64,000 bases of DNA from Candidatus Fermentithermobacillaceae bacterium (GTDB lineage: Bacteria > Bacillota > Sulfobacillia > Fermentithermobacillales > Fermentithermobacillaceae): the NCBI GenBank assembly GCA_018052455.1, contig JAGPNE010000001.1, positions 60,761 through 124,760 of the forward strand. Reading direction: 5' to 3'. The notes beneath the pieces are model-generated. The model ran no database searches, was not told the origin of the DNA, and saw nothing but the letters and a program-made list of their open reading frames with translations. Shown here piece after piece: positions 46,217-56,159 of this stretch; within the stretch, counting starts at the first letter, position 1, and the number at the start of each line of letters is the position of its first letter. The position numbers and the translations under genes were made by a program.

Positions 46217-47563
46217 TTACGAAGAACGCTTATGCCAGATGGTGTCTTTTGCCTTCATACACGCGTATATGACGTGTTCCTTAGTTAGTCCTCCCTGCAA
46301 GTAGACTGAATACGGCGGCGCAAAGGGCCCGTCAGCCGAAAGCTCAATGGAAGCTCCTTGAACAAAAGTGCCCGCAGCCATGATTACCGGGCAGGAATAA
46401 CCTGGCATATCCCATGGCTCAGGCGTTGCAAATGAATCAATGGGCGAGAATGCTTGTATGGTCTGGGCAAAAGATCTGAGGTTCTCTGGGGTTTCCAATA
46501 GTATCTCCTGAACTATATCCTGTCTTCTATCGAATGGAGCAGGATCTACTTTGTAGCCTAGTTTTCCGAAGAAAAGACTGGCAAAAGACGCACCCTTGAG
46601 GGATTCGCCCACAACTTTTGGGGCCAGAAACAGCCCTTGATAGGTGTCTCTATAGCCATAAGGGTTACTGCCTGCTTCTTTACCCAGCCCAGGTGCATAG
46701 AGAGAGTGCGCAACGAGGTCTACGTATTGTCGCTTCCCCACCACGTATCCTCCCGTTGGGGCCAGTCCGCCTCCGGGGTTTTTTATCAGAGAGCCTGCCG
46801 TAACTGCAATTCCGACTGCAGGAGGCTCGAGCGGATCGGTGAATTCACAATAGCAATTGTCAACAAAAACAGGGACGGATGGATAAAGCATGCCTAGAAT
46901 CTCCGATATTTTCTTGATGGACTCAATAGATATAGTTTTTCTGTGCGAGTAGCCTCTGGATCGCTGTATGAGAATTAGAGATGTCTGAGGAGAGACCAGT
47001 GCTTTCAAGTTGGCTATAAGGTCGAATTCATCGATTATGCCTGTTTCAAAGTCGATCAAAGAAGTGCTTTCTTTGTATTTTACTCCGAAATCCTTTAGGC
47101 TACCTATCTTGACGTTGTCAGGCGTGTCTATCCCTATAACAGGGCAGAGGGTTTCATACGGTCTGCCTGTTAGCGACAAAAGTTCGTCACCGGGTCTTAA
47201 CAGCCCGAAAAGGACAGTTTTTAGCACATGAGTTCCTGAAGCAAAGGAAAGTCGCACTAGCGAAGATTCTGCGCCGAAAACCTTTGCGAATAGAGACTCA
47301 AGCCCTTCCCTACCTACGTCCTGGTAACCATATCCCGTTGAAGGCCACAGGTGGGTTGAGGATATCTTCGACTCTCTAAACGCTTCGAGTACCTTCACCT
47401 GGTTGTAAAAGACCAATCTATCTATATCGTTCCAGACAGAACCAAGTTCACAGATACACTTTTGCGCCAATTCTGCAGTGTCTTCTTCTACATTTAGTAG
47501 CCCAAAATCCATGTGCAATTCACCATCATCCCGAAAGTTTTTTTGATAGGCGTGCAATCTCAT
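46217..47563 (-). CDS. PLP-dependent Cys/Met-metabolism family protein (YnbB/aluminium-resistance-protein-like)
   Basis: About 450 aa. Conserved position downstream of hflX. PLP-fold blocks. Confidence 0.7.
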   Translation of the reverse strand: MRLHAYQKNFRDDGELHMDFGLLNVEEDTAELAQKCICELGSVWNDIDRLVFYNQVKVLEAFRESKISSTHLWPSTGYGYQDVGREGLESLFAKVFGAESSLVRLSFASGTHVLKTVLFGLLRPGDELLSLTGRPYETLCPVIGIDTPDNVKIGSLKDFGVKYKESTSLIDFETGIIDEFDLIANLKALVSPQTSLILIQRSRGYSHRKTISIESIKKISEILGMLYPSVPVFVDNCYCEFTDPLEPPAVGIAVTAGSLIKNPGGGLAPTGGYVVGKRQYVDLVAHSLYAPGLGKEAGSNPYGYRDTYQGLFLAPKVVGESLKGASFASLFFGKLGYKVDPAPFDRRQDIVQEILLETPENLRSFAQTIQAFSPIDSFATPEPWDMPGYSCPVIMAAGTFVQGASIELSADGPFAPPYSVYLQGGLTKEHVIYACMKAKDTIWHKRSS

Positions 47564-48842
47564 GTCGAGATAGCCTACATGTGATCTTAGCTCCTGTGCT
47601 ACCGTAGGTTTCTTCCAAAACCGTGCCGTGTTCTCTTATCTCAGACACTAGGTCCCACTTCACATAGGGTACGTTCAATGAAACGACTTCGGTACTTGCC
47701 GCGAGTTCTTCTTCTATCTGCACAGCAAGCTCTTCTAATCCCCATCCATAAAGAGCAGAGATGGGTATTGCTTTGTACTCGCTCGCCACTTCTAGTGCGT
47801 CTAGTTCCATAGGTTTGTCGGATTTATTGAAAGCATAGACTACAGGCACATGTCCCGCTCCCAATTCTCTCAACACGTTCTCGACCGTCTGAATCTGTTC
47901 AGCCCATATTTGAGAAGAAATGTCTACTACATGAATGAGCACGTCCGCATCTAGAGATTCTTCGAGAGTCGACCGGAACGCATATATAAGCTCGTGAGGC
48001 AGTCCCTGGATGAATCCTACTGTATCAGAAAGTAACACAAGTTTACCTGAAGGCAGCGTCCATTTTCTTGTCCAAGGATCCAAAGTCGCGAAGAGCTTAT
48101 CGTCGCACAACACCTCTTCTTCGCCTGAAAGGGCCCTAAAAAGTGTGGACTTTCCTGCGTTGGTATAGCCTACTAGTGATACATGAGGAATCATTGACTC
48201 CTTGCGTCTTTTGCGCTGGACCTCTCTGACTCTGCCCGCTTTTTCCAGTTCTCTGGTGAGCACGTCTATCCTGTTTCTTATCACACGTCTGTCCACCTCA
48301 AGTTTTTGTTCGCCTGGACCTCTGGTGCCTATTCCGCCTCCAAGGCTAGACAAAACAGTACCATATCCTGTGAGGTGAGTAAGTTCATGCCTTCTGGTGG
48401 CAAGCTCAACTTGAAGTTTGCCTTCCTTGGTCCGGGCTCGCTGGGCGAAGATACGCAGGATTACCTCTGTTCGGTCCAAGACCTCTGCGCCTGTAGCATC
48501 TTGGAGATTTTTGGCCTGCGTTGGAGATAGCTGACCGTCTACGAGGACGTAAGATACGCCGTGTTCCCTAACGAGCCGACTTATTTCCTCAACCTTTCCC
48601 CTGCCCATGTAAGTAGCAGGATCCGGAGAAAATCTATGCTGAATAACCACCTCACAGACTTCCATATCCAGGGTTTCTGCCAATTGCACAAGTTCTTGCG
48701 CGGATTCCTCAGAGGAAAATATCATTTGTTCCTGTTCAGTACTCTTAGGTGTTTTGACATCCAATGAGCATATTAGGGCCTTCATTTTCTCGTCGTCTAG
48801 AGCATTTCTCAATGGCATTCCTCCTTGTGGATGTATTTGCAT
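47526..48842 (-). CDS. hflX: GTPase HflX
   Basis: HflX N-terminal domain. G1 GYTNAGKSTL. G3 DTVGF. 438 aa. Confidence 0.9.
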   Translation of the reverse strand: MQIHPQGGMPLRNALDDEKMKALICSLDVKTPKSTEQEQMIFSSEESAQELVQLAETLDMEVCEVVIQHRFSPDPATYMGRGKVEEISRLVREHGVSYVLVDGQLSPTQAKNLQDATGAEVLDRTEVILRIFAQRARTKEGKLQVELATRRHELTHLTGYGTVLSSLGGGIGTRGPGEQKLEVDRRVIRNRIDVLTRELEKAGRVREVQRKRRKESMIPHVSLVGYTNAGKSTLFRALSGEEEVLCDDKLFATLDPWTRKWTLPSGKLVLLSDTVGFIQGLPHELIYAFRSTLEESLDADVLIHVVDISSQIWAEQIQTVENVLRELGAGHVPVVYAFNKSDKPMELDALEVASEYKAIPISALYGWGLEELAVQIEEELAASTEVVSLNVPYVKWDLVSEIREHGTVLEETYGSTGAKITCRLSRHEIARLSKKLSG

Positions 48843-48869
48843 ATTAATTATACATCACTTTGACGGTTT

Positions 48870-49118
48870 TCATGCTTCGTCCATCACAGTTGCTACGTTT
48901 ATCGGTGCTATGGTAGAAATCGCATGTTTGAAAAGCAGCATCTGTTTGCCTTCTACTTCCATAAGTACAGTATAACTATCAAATGCGATGATTACGCCTT
49001 TCAGTTGAAACCCATTAGTGAGGTACACCGTAGCAGGAGTGCTATTCTTCCTCATTTGATTAAGATATCGGTCTTGAAGGTTTCCAGTGTTGTTTGTGCT
49101 CAAAATGATTCCCTCCAA
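48870..49118 (-). CDS. hfq: RNA chaperone Hfq
   Basis: Sm1 and Sm2 motifs ([21 protein letters not shown]...KHAISTI). 82 aa. Confidence 0.92.
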   Translation of the reverse strand: MEGIILSTNNTGNLQDRYLNQMRKNSTPATVYLTNGFQLKGVIIAFDSYTVLMEVEGKQMLLFKHAISTIAPINVATVMDEA

Positions 49119-49158
49119 TAGGATGCACTTCTCTATGTATTACGACATTACTCTGGAA

Positions 49159-50109
49159 TTACCTTTTCTGAAGCCATTCATCAATTACGTTCCTAGCTTG
49201 CTCAATGGGATAAGACACAGGTATGTCTTTTCCAAAAGGCAACCAGAGTATTCTGTTCTCCTTAGCAAACCACGTGACTTGTCTTTTAGCATACCGCCTG
49301 GTATTACGCTTTATGATGCTCTTGGCTTCAGATTCAGTCACGAGTCCATGCAGCATCCAGCACACTTCCTTGTAACCTATTCCCTGCATGCTGGGAAGTT
49401 CTGGCGTGTATCCCATTCCTAACAACTTAGAGACTTCTTCTACGAGTCCCCTATCGAATTGGTCCTCTACCCTGTCATCGATCCTTTCATAGAGATCTTC
49501 GCGCTTCCATTTGAGTCCTATGATTGTTGTATCGTAAGGACTGTTCCTACCAAGGTGCTTTCTTGCCGATATGGGTCTTTTGGTAGATTGATAGTATTCG
49601 ATGGCACGAATAACTCTTTTTAGGTCATTGGGGTGAAGAGTTCCATAGGATTCTGGATCGATTTCTTTCAGCATACTGTGGACGTATGAATTACCCCTGA
49701 CCTTTGCGGTTTCTTGCAGTCTATTTCTCAGGTCGGGATTGGGAGGTGCGTTTTCCAAAGGAAAGTCATACAAAAGAGCCTGGATGTAGAATCCAGTGCC
49801 ACCCACAACGCAAGGCAGCCGATCCCTGGCTTGGATCTCTACAATTGCTTGTTTCGCTGTTTCCTGAAATTCCTCTACGCTCCAAGGCTCATCTGGATAC
49901 TTGATATCGATAAGGTGGTGGGGGACTTGCTCCCGGATTTCCTTGGAGACCTTATCGGTGCCTATATTCATGTAGCGGTAAATCTGCATTGAGTCCGCGG
50001 AAATTATCTCTAGCGGATACAGCTGGGCTAGATGCAATGCCAGACTGGATTTCCCTGAAGCTGTTGGTCCTGTGATGACTAAGAGTTTATCCAATTTGGT
50101 AAGAAGCAT
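49159..50109 (-). CDS. miaA: tRNA dimethylallyltransferase
   Basis: P-loop GPTASGKS. DSMQIYR motif. 316 aa. Confidence 0.92.
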   Translation of the reverse strand: MLLTKLDKLLVITGPTASGKSSLALHLAQLYPLEIISADSMQIYRYMNIGTDKVSKEIREQVPHHLIDIKYPDEPWSVEEFQETAKQAIVEIQARDRLPCVVGGTGFYIQALLYDFPLENAPPNPDLRNRLQETAKVRGNSYVHSMLKEIDPESYGTLHPNDLKRVIRAIEYYQSTKRPISARKHLGRNSPYDTTIIGLKWKREDLYERIDDRVEDQFDRGLVEEVSKLLGMGYTPELPSMQGIGYKEVCWMLHGLVTESEAKSIIKRNTRRYAKRQVTWFAKENRILWLPFGKDIPVSYPIEQARNVIDEWLQKR

Positions 50110-50211
50110 CCTTTCGTTAACCTATTGCCAGATGTTTCAGCGGCGACCTGTGGTCCTATTATATCGCAACTGGAGGCTCTACTTTCGCAAAGATGGGCTG
50201 AGCCGCACCCC

Positions 50212-51948
50212 CTATCGCCCAAAAAATCTGGCTATCTCAGTGTACGGCATTCTATACACTGTAGGTCGTCCATGCGGGCATGTAAGGGTGGAAGGATCTG
50301 CTGAAAGCTGACTGATGAGTGAAATTGCTTCCTCACGGGTTAGACGTTCGTTACCCCTTACGGAACTATGGCAGGCGGCCGTGGCCAACTGCGCTTTTGC
50401 GAGGATTCTTCCAGCGTTTAGACCTTCTTCCCTATCACTGTAAGCCGATATCAGAATCTCGGTTAGTGAGTCTGGAGAGAGCGCTTTTCCCAGAATGACC
50501 GGCACCTTCGTAACCAGCACTGTCCTTGAACCAAGTAGCCTTGTTGAGAATCCTACTTCTTCAAGATAGCTAGCGTACTCGTCGTAAAGAACCGCTTCTT
50601 TTGCACCAAGCTGTAGTATCTCGGGAATAAGCAATTCCTGGCTTGCGGTTTCTCCTTTGAGGAGCGCCTGGTAGGCTATACTTTCTGCTAGCGCATGCTG
50701 ATCTATGATAAGTAACGCGTCCTCGGTGCTGACCAGGAGGTATGTAGACTGCAAGTCTCCAAGGTAGGCCCATCCCTCGGGCAAAACTGCGTGATCACCT
50801 TGAGCGTCCAAAGAGTCTGGGCGGTCGGCCTCGGCGTATTGAATAAGGCCCGGTCGATAATCGAAGATGGTGCTGAGCGTATTCGAAATCTGCGGGTTCT
50901 TTCCAAAAGGCGCTGAGTAAGTCGTTTCAGGTTCAATAGCATCGAGGAGATAACCAGCTTCCAAAAGAGATTGCTTGACTGTGCCTGTGACTATCCGTCG
51001 GATTTCTCTTTCGTTTCTGAATTTGACTTCGGCCTTCGTAGGGTGCACATTAACATCGATTTGATCGGGCGGGATCTTTATTTCAAGAACGCACACAGGG
51101 TACGATTTTGGGGGCAATAGACCTAGATAAGCTGCATCTAGGGCCCATCCTAGCATAGTATTCCTGACTGGTCGTTGGTTTACAGAAAATATCTGCCTGT
51201 CGCGACCGGTTCTAGAATTTGCCGGGATTCCTACGAATCCCTCTATACTGATGCCCTTGTCGGTGTCGTGTCTACGTAACTCGATCATGGACTCTGTCAT
51301 CTGCGGGCCGAAAATGTCAGATATTGCGTTTTTCACACCATTTCCCGAAGTGTGGAAGACGGTTTTGCCTTGAGAACTTAACGTAAAACTGATTTGAGGC
51401 CACGAAAGCGCAAGTTTCTCAACTACTTCTATGCTTGCGTCTCTCTCACGGCTTTTGGTTTTCATGAACTTAAGGCGCGCCGGAGTGTTGAAAAACAGAT
51501 CTCTAACGGTCACGGTAGTCCCTACGGGGAGTCCCTTTTCCTCTACATTTGTAACGTCTCCTCCTTCAACATGTATGGCAACGCCCGAGTCCGATTCACT
51601 TGTTCTTGTTTCGAGGGTAAGCCTAGAGCAAGCCGCAATCGAAGGCAGGGCTTCACCCCTAAAGCCAAGTGTCTTTATGTCCTCAAGGTCAGATATTGAA
51701 CTAATCTTGGAGGTAGCAAACCTTTCTATGGCTGAAAGAGCATCTTGTTGGGTCATTCCGATACCGTCATCAGATACCCTGACTAGTTCTAGACCACCGT
51801 CAATTATGTCTATCATTATGCGCTGAGCACCTGCATCAATAGCGTTTTCTACCAGTTCTTTTACAACAGACGCAGGTCGCTCTACAACTTCGCCGGCTGC
51901 AATTTGACTAGATACTAGCGGATCCAATTTTCTCACGCAAGAATGCAT
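50212..51948 (-). CDS. mutL: DNA mismatch repair protein MutL
   Basis: GHKL ATPase N-terminus (IAAGEVVERPASVVKELVENAIDAG). C-terminal dimerisation domain. Metal-binding block QHALAESIAYQAL (DQHA(X)2E(X)4E), 26 residues after an FXR-type block (SGEVYGSLTWVLDKCCTT-like region). Confidence 0.9.
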   Translation of the reverse strand: MHSCVRKLDPLVSSQIAAGEVVERPASVVKELVENAIDAGAQRIMIDIIDGGLELVRVSDDGIGMTQQDALSAIERFATSKISSISDLEDIKTLGFRGEALPSIAACSRLTLETRTSESDSGVAIHVEGGDVTNVEEKGLPVGTTVTVRDLFFNTPARLKFMKTKSRERDASIEVVEKLALSWPQISFTLSSQGKTVFHTSGNGVKNAISDIFGPQMTESMIELRRHDTDKGISIEGFVGIPANSRTGRDRQIFSVNQRPVRNTMLGWALDAAYLGLLPPKSYPVCVLEIKIPPDQIDVNVHPTKAEVKFRNEREIRRIVTGTVKQSLLEAGYLLDAIEPETTYSAPFGKNPQISNTLSTIFDYRPGLIQYAEADRPDSLDAQGDHAVLPEGWAYLGDLQSTYLLVSTEDALLIIDQHALAESIAYQALLKGETASQELLIPEILQLGAKEAVLYDEYASYLEEVGFSTRLLGSRTVLVTKVPVILGKALSPDSLTEILISAYSDREEGLNAGRILAKAQLATAACHSSVRGNERLTREEAISLISQLSADPSTLTCPHGRPTVYRMPYTEIARFFGR

Positions 51949-51955
51949 ACGATAC

Positions 51956-54694
51956 TCATTCTCCCTTATGTCTGTCTAGAGTTTCTTTTATTCGATAAAG
52001 TATTTCCAGTGCTTGGAAAGGAGTTATGTTGTTTGCATCGAGATTTTCGATAGTTTCCAACACTTCTTCGTACTCTTTCGGCATTTCTTTTTGCATAGGA
52101 GGGGAACTGCCCAACAAAAACGGTTGTCCGGGAACCTCGTATGCGCTTGGGTTTGCAGAACTCCTTGAAGCCATATGCCCCAGGATTCCTTTGCTAGATT
52201 TCGAACCCCTGCGTGCCTCGGTTTCCAGCGCTTGTAGGATCTCCCTTGCTCTATCTACGACTTCTAGGGGCAAACCTGCCATCGAAGCAACGTCAATGCC
52301 AAAACTCCCTTCGGCTACGCCCTTGACTACTTCCCTCAGGAAAATGATATCATCTCCGGATTTTCTGACTGTTACGTGGTAGTTCGAAATGCCAGGTTTT
52401 AGATCTGAAAGCAGAGTAAGCTCTCTATAATGTGTGGCGACTAGCCCTTTCGCTCCTATGCATTTCTCGTCCGCCAAGTACTCTACAACTGCCCATGCCA
52501 CTGATAGGCCGTCGAAGGTGCTGGTTCCCCTCCCGATTTCGTCGAGTATAACGAGGCTCTGAGATGTAGCGTTGCTGAGGATTCTCGATACTTCACTCAT
52601 CTCTGTCATGAAAGTAGACTGACCCAGAACAATATCATCGTACGCTCCAACCCTTGCGAAGATCTTATCGACACATGAGATGGAGCACGATTTACATGGT
52701 ACAAATGATCCCATTTGGGCCATGAGTACTATTAGGGCTGATTGCCTGCAATAGGTAGACTTGCCACCCATATTTGGACCGGTGATGATAAGGACACGCT
52801 CTGTCTCATCAAGGGTTAAGTCGTTCGGGACAAAAGTGCCAGGCGGCAGAACCCTTTCTAGGACAGGATGCCTGCCGTCTCGGATCAAAAGCCTGTTATC
52901 ATCCGTGATATCGGGTTTTACGTAGCCATATATGCTAGCGACGTAGGCCAGACTCAAAAGAACGTCGAGCTGCGCTATTGTGAGAGCAGTTTTTTGAATG
53001 TCTCTCATATAGGAGGCGACAGACTCTCGAATCTCGGAAAACACGCGGTACTCCTCTTTGAATAGTTTCTCCTCAGCACCTAGAATAAGGGTTTCCTTCT
53101 CTTTGAGTTCGGGAGTAACAAATCTTTCTGCAGATACAAGGGTTTGCTTCCTAATATAGTCACTGGGCACCAGGTGAAGATTAGCCTTTGTCACCTCGAT
53201 ATAGTACCCAAAGACTTTGTTGTAGCCTATCTTAAGAGACCTTATCCCAGTCCTTTCTTTTTCCCTGTCTTCCAAGTCTAGGAGCCATTTCTTTCCGCCT
53301 GTAGCCAAATCTCTCAATTCATCGATTTCCTTGCTGTAGCCTGGTTTAACCAAGCCACCTTCAGTTAAGGCGATAGGTGGGTCATCGACTATTGCCCTCC
53401 TTAGAAGATCCACAACTTCAGGGACTTCATCTAGGTTCTCAGTAATCTGGCGCAGTAGTGCAGAGGATGTAGGGCCCAGTCCCTTCTTAATGGATGGCAC
53501 TTTTTCAAGAGAAGATGCGATGGATATTAGATCTCTGGCATTGCAAGTTCCGTAGGAAATCCTGGTTACTAACCTTTCTAGGTCCTTTACCCCTGAGAGT
53601 GAGGCCGCCAAGTTCTTCCGCAGACCAGAGTCCTGGTATAGTTCCTCAACTGCGGATAGTCTTTCCTCAATGGCAGTTTTATCTCTTAACGGTCGCTCTA
53701 CCCATTTTTTCAGCAGCCTAGATCCCATAGTTGTACAGCACTTATCTAAAACCCACGTCAAGGAGCCGTACACTTCGCCACTGAGTCTTCGAGTCAGTTC
53801 CAAATTCCTCCGTGTAGACTGATCGAGCTCCAAGAAAGAATTCTTCAGGTAAAGAGTGGGTACCTTCAGGTGCGAAAGCTGGACCATTTGTGTACGCTTT
53901 AGGTACAAAAGAAGGCCTGAAAGAGCTTTTCTCGCGGATGCGGATAGTTCCAGAGTATCCCATTCCGAAGGTATGGGCGCTTCTTCATTACCTGAACCGA
54001 AGTCTTCGTCATCAAGAAATGTAACGAACAGCCCGGGCAGGTTATTGGCTATAGTCTTCACGAAACTCGTGTCCTTGAGGCTTGCAGGTAAGACGCACTC
54101 TTTCGGCAGCAATCTCACAAGTTCGTCTACTAGTCTGTCGCGGATCTGACTACTATCTGTACTGCCAGGCTCGTTGTCAAGACTTCCCAAAAGGATCTCA
54201 CCTGTAGATAGATCGCATGAACATATTCCTAGTGATGCTTCTTGTCCTTTTGTTGCAACTAAAGGATAAACAGCAGTTATATAGCTAAACGAAGTGCCGT
54301 CGGCTCCTTCCCAGTAGGTACCGGGAGTGATGACTCGCACTACATCCCTTTGGACAAGGCCCGTCGCTGCGGCAGGATCTTCCATCTGCTCGCAAATTGC
54401 AACCTTGTATCCTTTTGAGACTAGTGTCTTAATGTATTCATCGACAGCATGATAAGGCACCCCGCACATAGGGGCCTTATTTCCGTTTCCGGCGTCTCTT
54501 GCAGTCAGGGCAATGCCAAGTTCTTTTGAGCCAATTTCGGCATCTTCAAAAAACATCTCGTAGAAGTCTCCCAGTCTGAACAAGAGCAGTGCGTCGCTAT
54601 ATTTCTCCTTGAGCGACTTATACTGGACCATCATAGGGGTAATGTATCTAGACAATATACCTATCCTCCGCTGATATTCATCTACAGTAGACAA
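51956..54694 (-). CDS. mutS: DNA mismatch repair protein MutS
   Basis: Mismatch-binding domain (GDFYEMF). Walker A GPNMGGKST. DEIGRGTSTFDG. 912 aa. Confidence 0.95.
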   Translation of the reverse strand: MSTVDEYQRRIGILSRYITPMMVQYKSLKEKYSDALLLFRLGDFYEMFFEDAEIGSKELGIALTARDAGNGNKAPMCGVPYHAVDEYIKTLVSKGYKVAICEQMEDPAAATGLVQRDVVRVITPGTYWEGADGTSFSYITAVYPLVATKGQEASLGICSCDLSTGEILLGSLDNEPGSTDSSQIRDRLVDELVRLLPKECVLPASLKDTSFVKTIANNLPGLFVTFLDDEDFGSGNEEAPIPSEWDTLELSASARKALSGLLLYLKRTQMVQLSHLKVPTLYLKNSFLELDQSTRRNLELTRRLSGEVYGSLTWVLDKCCTTMGSRLLKKWVERPLRDKTAIEERLSAVEELYQDSGLRKNLAASLSGVKDLERLVTRISYGTCNARDLISIASSLEKVPSIKKGLGPTSSALLRQITENLDEVPEVVDLLRRAIVDDPPIALTEGGLVKPGYSKEIDELRDLATGGKKWLLDLEDREKERTGIRSLKIGYNKVFGYYIEVTKANLHLVPSDYIRKQTLVSAERFVTPELKEKETLILGAEEKLFKEEYRVFSEIRESVASYMRDIQKTALTIAQLDVLLSLAYVASIYGYVKPDITDDNRLLIRDGRHPVLERVLPPGTFVPNDLTLDETERVLIITGPNMGGKSTYCRQSALIVLMAQMGSFVPCKSCSISCVDKIFARVGAYDDIVLGQSTFMTEMSEVSRILSNATSQSLVILDEIGRGTSTFDGLSVAWAVVEYLADEKCIGAKGLVATHYRELTLLSDLKPGISNYHVTVRKSGDDIIFLREVVKGVAEGSFGIDVASMAGLPLEVVDRAREILQALETEARRGSKSSKGILGHMASRSSANPSAYEVPGQPFLLGSSPPMQKEMPKEYEEVLETIENLDANNITPFQALEILYRIKETLDRHKGE

Positions 54695-56092
54695 CTAAGC
54701 ACTATCGAATCTTCCCTGTTCTGCGTCAACCAAGGGACCTTTGAGATACCATGTCCCCGTTTCCTCGATTCTAACGTTCACCATGTCGCCAGGTTTGGGG
54801 CCCGGGGTTGTGCACACCACCAGTTTGTTGCTTCGCGCACGGCCTCGTGAGTACTCGGTATGCTTCTTATCGAACCCTTCAATCAGGACTTCTTGAGTGC
54901 TTCCTAGTAAAGTCGAGTTTATTGACCTGGTTATTTCGTTCTGAAGCGCTACTAGTTCCTGTAGCCTTCTAGACTTGATCTCCCGCGAAATCTGATTCTT
55001 CATCCTCGCCGCAGGCGTATTTGACCTTGCAGAGTATATGAATGTAAAAGCTCCGTCGAAGCGGATTTTTTCAACTAGAGAAAGAGTTTCTTGAAAATCT
55101 TGATCGGTTTCGCCAGGAAAGCCTACGATTATGTCTGTGGTAATAGCAGGATTTGAAACCTCTTCTCTGATTAAGTCTACCAGGTCGCAGTAGTCTTGTA
55201 TCGTATATCTTCGGTTCATCAGTCTGAGCATCCTATTGCTGCCTGATTGAACGGGCAGATGAAAGTGCTCACATATGTGTTGAGACTGACTTATGGTCTT
55301 TACCATCTCTTTGGAAAAGTCTTTAGGATGGGATGTGAAATATCGTATCCTAGCCAGGTCAGGGATTGTGTCAAGGTCTTGCAGCAATTCGGCAAACCCG
55401 TAATCGTGGTCAAGATCGAACCCATAAGCGTTCACGTTCTGCCCCAAAAGTGTGATCTCTGAGCAACCCGATTCAACAAGTTGTTTGACCTCTGAGATTA
55501 TGTTCTGCGGTTCTCGGGATACCTGAGGCCCTCGTACGAAAGGCACCACACAGTAGCTGCAAAAATTGTCGCACCCGTACATTATGGTTACGTAAGCGCC
55601 GGGACCTTCCGATCTCTTTCTAGGTAGGTTTTCAGGTAATACCTGTGTAGATTCTTTCTTATGAGCCTCGGTCCTACTAGGCGAAACGGCAGTCAGAAGT
55701 CTGGACGATGGAAGACGCAAAGCCTCTTCAACAAGGTCTGGGATGCAATGAATGTTACCTGGTCCGGTCACTACTTTGACGTACGGCGCTCGTTTTTTGA
55801 TCCTGTCGATATTCTCGGGGATTTGAGCCATGCATCCTGCCAGCACGATTACACGAGGTTCTGAGTTGCGCGACATGGCCGCGATCTCTCCAATCCTGCT
55901 CCATACTTTGGTTTCTGCCGACTCCCTGACGGCGCATGTGTTTACAACCACGATGTCTGCTTCGTCTACTGTATCGGCAGGGAAAAAGCCCTTAGCCAGA
56001 AGCAGTCCTTCAATTGTTTCCGAGTCCCTCTGGTTCATCTGACAACCGAAGGTCTCGATGAAGTATCTAAAAGTGCCAGTCAATCTCGTCAC
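54695..56092 (-). CDS. miaB: tRNA-2-methylthio-N6-dimethylallyladenosine synthase
   Basis: MTTase N-terminal domain (FGCQMN). Radical-SAM CxxxCxxC (CDNFCSYC). TRAM domain. Confidence 0.9.
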   Translation of the reverse strand: MTRLTGTFRYFIETFGCQMNQRDSETIEGLLLAKGFFPADTVDEADIVVVNTCAVRESAETKVWSRIGEIAAMSRNSEPRVIVLAGCMAQIPENIDRIKKRAPYVKVVTGPGNIHCIPDLVEEALRLPSSRLLTAVSPSRTEAHKKESTQVLPENLPRKRSEGPGAYVTIMYGCDNFCSYCVVPFVRGPQVSREPQNIISEVKQLVESGCSEITLLGQNVNAYGFDLDHDYGFAELLQDLDTIPDLARIRYFTSHPKDFSKEMVKTISQSQHICEHFHLPVQSGSNRMLRLMNRRYTIQDYCDLVDLIREEVSNPAITTDIIVGFPGETDQDFQETLSLVEKIRFDGAFTFIYSARSNTPAARMKNQISREIKSRRLQELVALQNEITRSINSTLLGSTQEVLIEGFDKKHTEYSRGRARSNKLVVCTTPGPKPGDMVNVRIEETGTWYLKGPLVDAEQGRFDSA

Positions 56093-56128
56093 CTATGCAC
56101 ACTCCGTATCTCATATCTTGTTAACTAT

Positions 56129-56157
56129 TATTATATGGGTGTTTTCCGAGGTGGACA
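56129..56157 (-). promoter_or_regulatory. sigma-A-type promoter (TTGTCC-N17-TATAAT) driving the miaB-mutS-mutL-miaA-hfq-hflX block
   Basis: Perfect -10 and 5-of-6 -35 with a 17-nt spacer on the minus strand. About 35 nt upstream of the miaB start. Overlaps the thiI stop. Confidence 0.5.
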
Positions 56158-56159
56158 AA